From positions 1 to 33,183 of the forward strand of contig JBGCFM010000009.1 in assembly GCA_045106895.1 (NCBI GenBank): DNA of 33,183 nucleotides. The letters are read 5' to 3'. Numbering within the stretch: the stretch's first letter is position 1; the number at the start of each line of letters is the position of its first letter. The stretch comes from Polyangiales bacterium. Its GTDB lineage: Bacteria > Myxococcota_A > Polyangia > Polyangiales > Houyiibacteriaceae. The notes beneath the pieces are model-generated. The model searched no databases. It had not been told where the DNA came from and saw only the letters and a program-made list of their open reading frames with translations. The translations under genes and the position numbers were made by a program. Of this stretch, positions 25,915-33,183 are shown piece after piece.

Positions 25915-27501
25915 ATGACGACGCGAAGAAAAGTCTCGCAAGAGGTTGGTCGCGCTGCTTTCGCGGCAGAGCTCAAAGACGATCCGCGCGCCAAAGCCTG
26001 GACCGGTGCGGGCTGGACCATCAGCCAGGCCGAAGGAGACTTCGCGGCGCTCGTCGAGGCAGGACTCGATTCGCTGCCGGGTATCGATAAAGACCTGGCG
26101 GACCTCGCTCGCAACATCATGTCGGGGGAACCCTCCGCACTGCTCTCGGAACTTGAGAGTGACTTGCCCGAGGGGCTCTTTGCCGTCGGCAAGGTGAAGG
26201 GACTCGGGCCCAAGAAGGTCAAGGCGCTCTGGCGAGAGCTTGGCGTGACGTCCCTCGGTGAGCTCGAGTACGCGATCCAAGAGAACAGGCTGTTGACGCT
26301 CAAGGGCTTCGGAAAGAAGACGCAGGAGAAGGTCGCCGCCCAGCTGGAAGCTCTTCGCAAGAACGAGGGCATGATCCGCCGGGACGAAGCCGCCCATATC
26401 GTGGCGAACGTTCTGGGCCTCGCTGCGGACGCCGGCCAACGCGTCGCCGTGGCCGGCGACTACCGGCGCGGCGAAGAACTCACGAACCAAGTCCTCTTTG
26501 TCGTCGCCGCCGGTGACGGTGCCGAGGCCTTTGCCGAAGAACTCGACCGTCTTCGCGGCGTTCGAACGGTCCGCGCTGAAGCCGGCGCGTTTGGCGTCGC
26601 CCTCGTCGAAGAAACGGGAAGCGACGAACATCTAGACGCGCTGCGCGCAAAGGGGCCCCTCAGCGGCGACACCGAAGAAGAGGTCTACGCAGCCCTGGGA
26701 CTGCTGCTGACGCCGGCGGAGAGGCGCCTGCCGCACGTGCCACTCACACTTGTCGGCGCCGCCGTCTCCCCCTTGGTTCAGCGCGGTGATCTGCGCGGCG
26801 CCTTGCATAACCACACCGTCGCTTCTGACGGAACCGCGACGCTGCAGGAGATGCGTCGTGCGGCGGCGGCCCTTGATCTCTCCTATCTCGGCATCACCGA
26901 GCACAGCCAGGCTGCGGCGTATGCGCGTGGGCTCTCGCCCGCGGCGCTCAAGTCACAGTCGAACACCATCGAGGGCATGAACAAAGAAGGCCACGCCTGC
27001 ACGCTTCTCACGGGCGTTGAGAGCGACATCCTAGAGGACGGCGCCCTCGACTACGCTGACGAACAGCTGAGTGGACTCGACATTGTCGTCGCTTCCGTAC
27101 ACCGGCGTTTCAAGCAGGACCCTGCGGCGATGACAGCTCGCATGGTGAAGGCCGCGCTTCATCCGATGACCGCGATTATTGGTCATCCGACGGGACGGCT
27201 TCTCCTCGCGCGCGAGGAGAGCGGTGTGGACATCACGACGCTCATCGAGGCGTGTGTGAAAGGCCACACGGCGCTGGAGCTGAACGCCAACCCACATCGA
27301 CTCGATCTTTCGGCGAAGCATGCGGCGATGGCCAAGGAGCAAGGCGTGTTGGTTTCAATCGGCGCCGACGCCCACTCCACGGATGGGCTTCACAACCTCG
27401 AGCACGGCGTCGCCATCGCGCGCCGCGCGGGCCTTGGACCGGAAGATGTGCTCAACACACGCTCCCTCGATGAGCTACGTGTTTGGCGCGCCGGCGCCTG
27501 A
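25915..27501 (+). CDS. polX: PolX-family / PHP-domain protein with degenerate polymerase core
   Basis: HhH motifs LPGIDK, VKGLGPKK, LKGFGKK; PHP motifs LHNHTVASDG, ITEHS, GVESDI, GHPTGR, ELNA, GADAH; palm aspartates absent; ATG at 25915. Confidence 0.88.
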   Translation: MTTRRKVSQEVGRAAFAAELKDDPRAKAWTGAGWTISQAEGDFAALVEAGLDSLPGIDKDLADLARNIMSGEPSALLSELESDLPEGLFAVGKVKGLGPKKVKALWRELGVTSLGELEYAIQENRLLTLKGFGKKTQEKVAAQLEALRKNEGMIRRDEAAHIVANVLGLAADAGQRVAVAGDYRRGEELTNQVLFVVAAGDGAEAFAEELDRLRGVRTVRAEAGAFGVALVEETGSDEHLDALRAKGPLSGDTEEEVYAALGLLLTPAERRLPHVPLTLVGAAVSPLVQRGDLRGALHNHTVASDGTATLQEMRRAAAALDLSYLGITEHSQAAAYARGLSPAALKSQSNTIEGMNKEGHACTLLTGVESDILEDGALDYADEQLSGLDIVVASVHRRFKQDPAAMTARMVKAALHPMTAIIGHPTGRLLLAREESGVDITTLIEACVKGHTALELNANPHRLDLSAKHAAMAKEQGVLVSIGADAHSTDGLHNLEHGVAIARRAGLGPEDVLNTRSLDELRVWRAGA

Positions 27502-27502
27502 G

Positions 27503-28225
27503 CTACTCGGATCGGCGGATGAACTCCGCGGCGGCCACTCGCGCGGTGGGGTGCAGGTAGTGTCCTGCCGGGAAGGGTACCCACTCGACGTCGCTTCCGG
27601 CGGCGCTGAGCCGTCGGCGTAGTTCCTCGGCTTGGGCGAAGGCGAGAACGCTGTCGGTCTCTCCGTGTGTGATGAGCACGTTTGTGCGTACGGCGAAGTC
27701 CTCAGGCCATTGGGGCATCGTGCTGCCGGAGAGGACCATAAGTCCGCCGAGTTGGCGGCCCTCCGCCGCGAGATGTTGCGCGACCTCAACGGTGAGCATC
27801 GCGCCCTGAGAGAACCCGCCGAGGATAATCTCACGCGCCGGCCTGCCTTCGGCTTCGAGTCGATCGATGAGCGCGATGACTCTGCCGCGTGCTTCATCGA
27901 TTTCGTCGGTGGAGGCTCCCTCAGACTGACGCCCAAACCAGCGGCGTCCGCCTCCAGCTCTCGTGAAGGGGGCTTCGGGGAGGTAGAAATGTGCGCCTCC
28001 TAGTTCACGGGCGAAGGGAACGAGGTCGTTTCCTTGGGCGCCGTATCCATGGAGCAAGATCACCGCGGGGCCATCACCGCTGACCTCGCGGACAATACCG
28101 TCAGCAGCGGGCGCCGGCGCGACAACGTGGGCAGCGCTCGCTGTGGATGGAGCCGGAGTGGCTTCGCTATGACAGGCGGTGAGAGCGAGACCGGCGCAGA
28201 AGGTGAGCCAGACGCGCGCCGTCAC
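27503..28225 (-). CDS. Alpha/beta hydrolase (phospholipase/carboxylesterase), probable lipoprotein
   Basis: GTG 28225 overlaps the desaturase TGA; LALTAC lipobox; LLHGYGA, GGFSQG, HGETD, AGH. Confidence 0.87.
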   Translation of the reverse strand: MTARVWLTFCAGLALTACHSEATPAPSTASAAHVVAPAPAADGIVREVSGDGPAVILLHGYGAQGNDLVPFARELGGAHFYLPEAPFTRAGGGRRWFGRQSEGASTDEIDEARGRVIALIDRLEAEGRPAREIILGGFSQGAMLTVEVAQHLAAEGRQLGGLMVLSGSTMPQWPEDFAVRTNVLITHGETDSVLAFAQAEELRRRLSAAGSDVEWVPFPAGHYLHPTARVAAAEFIRRSE

Positions 28226-29241
28226 TCTGCGGGCGCTTCGTGCTGCGTGTCCGCCGACGCGTCGTGGGCGACGCGGGCGTTGAGCTCCGACATGCCTTCG
28301 GCACCAAGGTCGCCAAGCGTGTCCTTCGGATGAGGAATCCACTCTTCGTCCGGGCCTTCGGGCCCGGGGAAGTAAGGCTTACCGTCGTAGGTGCGACGAC
28401 GCGCGAGGATGAAGGTCTTGAAGAGGTAGACGGCGAGGGACTTCTGGTCGAGGTTCGGATGAATGTGCGGCGCGATCTTCTCGGCGTGCACCTCCGGCAG
28501 CAGACTCCAATGAAGTCCCGGCGTGTGGTGGTGGATGGTGTGAAAACCATTGTTGAAGGTCCACCAGTTGACGAACTTGCCCACGAAGTTGCGGGAGTGG
28601 TTGTACTCACTCTTCTCGTCGCATCCATCGTGCTGAAGCAAGTTGAAGGTGACGATGCCCCACTGCGCGTAGAGGTGCGGCACGATCCACAGGACGAGCG
28701 CCTTGCGCCAGTCGAGGACGAAGAGCGCCGCCGTGATCAGCAGGAGCGAGCTCAGCTCGATGAGCATTTGCTTGAACCACCGCGGATGGCGCGTGCGCAT
28801 CAGCTTCGTGTACGTGGAGTCCGCCTTCATGATGGACGGGATGCAGCTGGCCATGAAGAAGAAGAGGTTGAGGAAGTTCCAGCGGAAACGCGCCTTCGTC
28901 GTGCGCATGACATCGCTGCGCGACTGCGTGTGCTTGTGGTGGCTCAGGTTGTGACCCGGCACGTAGCTGCTCACGGGGTGGCCGTAGGTCCACGAGAGAA
29001 CCGCCTGCCAGATCTTGTTCATCCACCGCTTCTTGAAGATAGGTGAATGCACGCCATTGTGCGTGGACACTGCACCTTGAAAAGAGAACACGCAGAGGGC
29101 AGCGAAGGCAGGGATGGCCCAAGCCCATGGGATCGACGCGAGCTCAAGGCCTTCCGGAAGAAGGACCCACATGGCAGCCAGCCACGCGAAGTAGAGCGTC
29201 ACGAAGCCGATGGTTCGAATGTCAGCACGGTAGCGAAGCAC
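28222..29241 (-). CDS. Membrane fatty acid desaturase family protein
   Basis: His boxes HNGVH, HNLSHHKH and NNGFHTIHH; TM helices. Confidence 0.9.
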   Translation of the reverse strand: MLRYRADIRTIGFVTLYFAWLAAMWVLLPEGLELASIPWAWAIPAFAALCVFSFQGAVSTHNGVHSPIFKKRWMNKIWQAVLSWTYGHPVSSYVPGHNLSHHKHTQSRSDVMRTTKARFRWNFLNLFFFMASCIPSIMKADSTYTKLMRTRHPRWFKQMLIELSSLLLITAALFVLDWRKALVLWIVPHLYAQWGIVTFNLLQHDGCDEKSEYNHSRNFVGKFVNWWTFNNGFHTIHHHTPGLHWSLLPEVHAEKIAPHIHPNLDQKSLAVYLFKTFILARRRTYDGKPYFPGPEGPDEEWIPHPKDTLGDLGAEGMSELNARVAHDASADTQHEAPAE

Positions 29242-29338
29242 GGGGAATTCCTAGGATGGCCGACGCTCGCTGGCAACCCAGCTACCCGGGCTTGGCTTGA
29301 AATCATGACGCTTTTCCGTGTTGTGGTACTGCTTTGTC

Positions 29339-29713
29339 ATGAGGCCTAGCCACGAAAACGTGAGTGACGCTCCCCGTCAGTGGGACACGGGGCCGATGGT
29401 CGCTCTGCTCTCCCTCGTCTGGTTCTTTGCCGGAACGTTGCTCTTTGGTTGCTTCGCCCTCATCGCGTTCATGCTCAACCCCTTCGCCACAGACAGTCTC
29501 TTCGAGCCGGAGAACTACCGACTCGCCGTCATGATTTGGCATTTGCCCATGGCTTTCGGTTGGGTCCCGGCGGCTTATCGCGCCGCCCGAAAAAAGGAGC
29601 GACCCTGGGGGCACGCCAAGACCACCATCCTCTTTGGCGTGGTCGTCGGGCCCACGCTCTTCATCGTGGTGGTCTTCGTTTGGCGCGTGTTGATCCAAGG
29701 GAACGCGAGTTAG
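29339..29713 (+). CDS. Small hypothetical membrane protein
   Basis: Three hydrophobic segments; start codon uncertain (29339 or 29360). Confidence 0.6.
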   Translation: MRPSHENVSDAPRQWDTGPMVALLSLVWFFAGTLLFGCFALIAFMLNPFATDSLFEPENYRLAVMIWHLPMAFGWVPAAYRAARKKERPWGHAKTTILFGVVVGPTLFIVVVFVWRVLIQGNAS

Positions 29714-30927
29714 CGACGTCGTCTGCAGGCGAAGCCGGAGAACGCGCGCAACCCTGCGTTTCCATCGGCGACGAAGATGAACTCACCGTCGCCAACCACG
29801 CCGAGGGACTCAGAGCCATCGCCCGTCGTGCTCGCTCGGCCGACGAGAACCAGGTCGGTCCCCGCGTCCCGGAAAATAAAGACGCCGCCAGCGCCAGCGA
29901 CGGCAAAGATGTGCACTCCGTCGCTCCATATGTCTCGGATTACGCCTCCGCTCGAGCCACCAGCCGCACGTAGACCCAGGTTCACGTCATCACGGTCGAA
30001 GGCGAGGACGCGGTTATCATCCGTTCCATAGACCGACGTGTCGGTGACCCAAACGCGCGTGCTTCGCGCATCGAAGGAACCGAGTTCGCGAAACGATGAA
30101 CCGTCGAAACTAAGACTGCGAAGCGAGGAGCCATCGGCAAGCCACACCCGTGTGTCCGCAGCGAATACTCCTTGGGAGAAGCCCCGCGTGGGCAGTGTCG
30201 CGACTTCGGAGTAAGACGTGCCGTCGAAGACCAACGCGATGAGGCCCATAGCGCCGCTTGGCACGAAGAGGGTTCGGTCTGTTCCCCACGCCTGACGCGC
30301 TTCCCGCACCGGTTCGTTCGTTTCACTTTCAAGGTTCAGTCGGCCGGAGTCGTCGATGGTGATGCGAAAGACGCCGCGCCCGGGAGCACCGACGATGAAG
30401 GCGTCACCCGCATCCCAGATCCCCTCCGCAAATCCAATGGAGGGGATGCGGTCGATCTCTTGGAATCGCGCACCGTCGAAGCGGTAGGACGCGAATCCGC
30501 CCGTGGTTTCCGCCGAGAGCAGGAAGGGAGCCTTGTACCAGAGACCATAGGCGACCTGCGGCGTGTCGACTTGTGAGACTTCAACCAAAGGGCCGCTCTC
30601 CGCGTCGAGGCACGCGTTCTCATCGCTTCGCCAGAGAGTTCCGCTGTCCGTTCCTACGTCGACTATCGATGCATCGAAGACGTCCATGCCCGCATCGAAG
30701 ACATCGGTCGGTGCATCCGTCACTGGTGCATCCGTCGCAGGTGCATCCGTTCGAGGGGCGCTCGAGTCGGTGACGTCTGGACCTGCATCGAGGGGCGAGC
30801 CGACATCATCGGCTGTATCCGGGGCGGAGCCGTCCAGTGGTGCGTTCGTGTCTTCGAGCGTGTCGATGAAGATCTGCCCGCAGGCCGCGAGATTCGACAC
30901 GACGTAGAGAATGGCGACGCTTCTCAT
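29710..30927 (-). CDS. Lipoprotein with LVIVD-like beta-propeller repeats
   Basis: NLAAC lipobox from ATG 30927; TDAP/DAG linker; roughly 40-aa repeats such as GDGEFIFVADGNAGLRAF and SDGVHIFAVAGAGGVFIF. Confidence 0.75.
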   Translation of the reverse strand: MRSVAILYVVSNLAACGQIFIDTLEDTNAPLDGSAPDTADDVGSPLDAGPDVTDSSAPRTDAPATDAPVTDAPTDVFDAGMDVFDASIVDVGTDSGTLWRSDENACLDAESGPLVEVSQVDTPQVAYGLWYKAPFLLSAETTGGFASYRFDGARFQEIDRIPSIGFAEGIWDAGDAFIVGAPGRGVFRITIDDSGRLNLESETNEPVREARQAWGTDRTLFVPSGAMGLIALVFDGTSYSEVATLPTRGFSQGVFAADTRVWLADGSSLRSLSFDGSSFRELGSFDARSTRVWVTDTSVYGTDDNRVLAFDRDDVNLGLRAAGGSSGGVIRDIWSDGVHIFAVAGAGGVFIFRDAGTDLVLVGRASTTGDGSESLGVVGDGEFIFVADGNAGLRAFSGFACRRRR

Positions 30928-31061
30928 CACAGCGTGGCTTCCTGCCGGCCGTTTGGAGGTGGTGAGCCCGTCATCCCGAAGACTATACCAGCTTCCGAGA
31001 ATTCCGCGTTCCGTGCCGCGGGTGAGAGAAAGTTGGTCAGTCCTGATAGGCTCGCCCGCGT

Positions 31062-31706
31062 ATGCTGGCATCAGCCCTGCAGAAGTTAGGCGCCATCTTC
31101 GCGTTGCTCGTGACAGTCGTCGCGGGGCTTAGCTGTACCCGAGGCTTCGTGCCGACAGCGCAGCCGCTTCGCCAAGCGGACGTCATCGTGGTGCTGGGCA
31201 ATCGCCCGCCCACCGACGCGGAGGGGAACGTGATGCCCGAGACGCGTCGACGCGTCACGGCGGGCGTCGAGCTCTTTCATGCCGGACTCGCCGAGGGAAT
31301 GCTGATGGCGGGTGGACCTGCGCCTCACGATCGCGTGGAGTCGGAGGTCATGCGTGACCTCGCCGTGGAACTCGGCGTGCCCGCGGAGGTGATTCGAATC
31401 GAGAGGCGCTCGCGGAACACCATCGAGAACGCACGCAACACCCTCGAAATTCTCTGCGACGGGGCAGCGCCTTGTTACCCCAGCATCATCCTCGTCAGCT
31501 CGCCGTACCATCTCCGGCGAGCGCGCTATCTCTTCGAATGTGCGGGCGCGCGGGTTCAGACCGCCGCCAGCGAAGACCCGGGCGGCTCCTACGGGCGGCG
31601 CTTCGTGTTCTCCGAGCACATGGTGGCGTTCGCCTATGGGTTCGTGGACGAATGCCGCGACGCCAACCCTGCACCGAGGACGCCCCCGCCTTCGGGGGCG
31701 CCATGA
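31062..31706 (+). CDS. YdcF/DUF218 (ElyC/SanA-like) family protein
   Basis: DVIVVLG, AGG, ESEVM, IERRSRNTIENA, LVSSPYHLRRA; start codon uncertain. Confidence 0.87.
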   Translation: MLASALQKLGAIFALLVTVVAGLSCTRGFVPTAQPLRQADVIVVLGNRPPTDAEGNVMPETRRRVTAGVELFHAGLAEGMLMAGGPAPHDRVESEVMRDLAVELGVPAEVIRIERRSRNTIENARNTLEILCDGAAPCYPSIILVSSPYHLRRARYLFECAGARVQTAASEDPGGSYGRRFVFSEHMVAFAYGFVDECRDANPAPRTPPPSGAP

Positions 31707-31716
31707 AGCTCCGTCG

Positions 31717-32970
31717 CTAAAGGTGACGCGCGATGCGGGTCGTCAACTCCGAGCTGAGACCAAAGGACCCTTGGCAGATCGACTGCACGCCGACGCTGAC
31801 TCCACGACGCTCGAGACCTCGAGCGACACGAAGAAGTCGCAGCGGCGGGTACGCATTGCCGCGTTCTGTCACACAGGAAGGGGTGAGCTGCGAGGGCATT
31901 TCAGGGTCGGGTCTTTCGATCATGCGTGGGTCACGGACGGACTCGTCGCCGATGAGCATTTCATAGTCTGTGGATTCTCCGGGTCTCGGTGCGAGGTCCA
32001 CAGGAAGCCCAGCGACGACGTGGTAGACCACGCGCTCCGGCGGGTGAATGGACAGGAGACCGTCGACGAAACGTTCCGTTCGGTGGACTGCGCCCACGGA
32101 GGGGTCGCCGTAGCGGGAGCAACGCAGGTTGAGGTCCGGGTCAGTGAAGGTCGCGCTGTCTCGGTTGAAGATGTCGGGATTTGCGGCGGAGCAGTCGTCC
32201 TCGTCCGTCAGCACGACGATCACCAGAAGGGACTCGGGGCGGACGAAGAACTCGTTCGCGCCGTCCGCGTGACCGAGACTTCCGTTGACGAAGGTCACGG
32301 GACTCGACTGCGGCGTCACTGCTTTGAGCATGGCGTCGAGGGGCTGTTCAAAGCCGCACCCGTTGGTCCCGAGGGAGGCTAGGCACTGAAGGTCGGAAAC
32401 ATAGCTGCCAACATCGTCGCCGGGGCGAAGCTCCAAGAAGGGAGGCCCGCCAGGCGGAGTTCCGCAATCGCTCCGGCGCTGGAGAATCCCGTCATCCCCA
32501 AAGTTCGGCTCGTTGCATGTGGGGATGGCGAACCCGCCCGTGCCCATGTCTGTGCTGACCATTCCAATGCGAAGGTCGCGGATCGGTGTGAAGTCACCAA
32601 TCCCGGGTGCACTGCCCATCGTCAGCGCTTCGATGACAGCGGGGAGCTCTCCTTTGAGGGTGTTTTGCTCCTGGTCCATCGAGCCGGAGTTATCGATGAC
32701 GAAGAGAAGGTCGACCATGTCGACGCGCACGGGAGGGCCAGCGTCGACGACGTGAGCATCTGGGCCGCCATCATCCTGCGGAATGTCTCCATCTAGCCCG
32801 GAATCGCGCACATTGCCGGTGTCGTCGGGGGCACCATCGTCCGGGAAGGCGTCCCCCAAGAGAGGGCCGGCGTCGCCGAGGGCGCCGTCGATTGATGAGT
32901 CGCCGCTGGGCATGGTGCTCGTGGAGCACGCGAATAATAGAATGCCTAAACCGATATGGATGTGTTTCAC
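31717..32970 (-). CDS. Myxobacterial Cys-rich VWA-like lipoprotein
   Basis: GTG 32970 gives MKHIHIGLGILLFAC; DAG linker; DLLFVIDNSGSM (MIDAS DxSxS), GTNGCGFEQPL, VLTDEDDCS. Confidence 0.8.
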   Translation of the reverse strand: MKHIHIGLGILLFACSTSTMPSGDSSIDGALGDAGPLLGDAFPDDGAPDDTGNVRDSGLDGDIPQDDGGPDAHVVDAGPPVRVDMVDLLFVIDNSGSMDQEQNTLKGELPAVIEALTMGSAPGIGDFTPIRDLRIGMVSTDMGTGGFAIPTCNEPNFGDDGILQRRSDCGTPPGGPPFLELRPGDDVGSYVSDLQCLASLGTNGCGFEQPLDAMLKAVTPQSSPVTFVNGSLGHADGANEFFVRPESLLVIVVLTDEDDCSAANPDIFNRDSATFTDPDLNLRCSRYGDPSVGAVHRTERFVDGLLSIHPPERVVYHVVAGLPVDLAPRPGESTDYEMLIGDESVRDPRMIERPDPEMPSQLTPSCVTERGNAYPPLRLLRVARGLERRGVSVGVQSICQGSFGLSSELTTRIARHL

Positions 32971-33122
32971 ACCCGGAGTCGTTCCGTCGCCGCTTGTTTT
33001 CCAAGGGGTCATCATTTTTTGTCGCGGGTTCGTCCGGGAGCACGCCAAAAACGAGGCGTTGAGGTCCCAAAATCCTCGCAGAAGGGTGCGACGAAGCGAG
33101 ACATTGTGCGATAGTGCGCGCG

Positions 33123-33183
33123 ATGACACGGCGATCGATCACCGCGGGACTCCCGCTCAGCTTAGCCTTGCTTTTGAGCCTCA
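33123..33183 (+). CDS. Start of a probable secreted protein (runs off the window)
   Basis: MTRRSITAGLPLSLALLLSL..., signal-peptide-like; only 20 codons visible. Confidence 0.4.
   Translation, partial: MTRRSITAGLPLSLALLLSL

Noticed and set aside
1..33183. tRNA, rRNA, CRISPR array, transposase, integrase, prophage or anti-phage defence genes
   Set aside because: No supporting motifs were seen by manual reading; tRNAscan-SE, Infernal and DefenseFinder would be needed to exclude them formally.

Overview
GC-rich, gene-dense bacterial chromosome segment, most likely from a myxobacterium (Myxococcota, Polyangiales/Sandaracinaceae-like). This is inferred from the AgmX/PglI-type domains, a Hanks kinase, a DUF1592/DUF1552 pair and many Cys-rich lipoproteins with DAG-rich linkers. 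About 33 CDSs are supported. They cover lipid metabolism (acyl-CoA ligase, a divergent phosphotransferase/acyl-CoA dehydrogenase pair, acyltransferase, desaturase, esterase), a Ser/Thr kinase / ECF sigma / AgmX-PglI cluster, a radical SAM enzyme, TauE exporter plus LysR, a Rieske oxygenase, a polymerase-dead PolX-PHP protein and several orphan secreted proteins. No rRNA, tRNA, CRISPR array or transposase was seen. The most notable non-coding signals are two ~160 bp CTAG-flanked MITE-like elements with unrelated terminal inverted repeats but a shared central hairpin core, two ECF-type promoters, and a recurrent -10 box 6-9 nt before start codons. All calls come from reading motifs by eye; no database search was run, so novelty is unverified.
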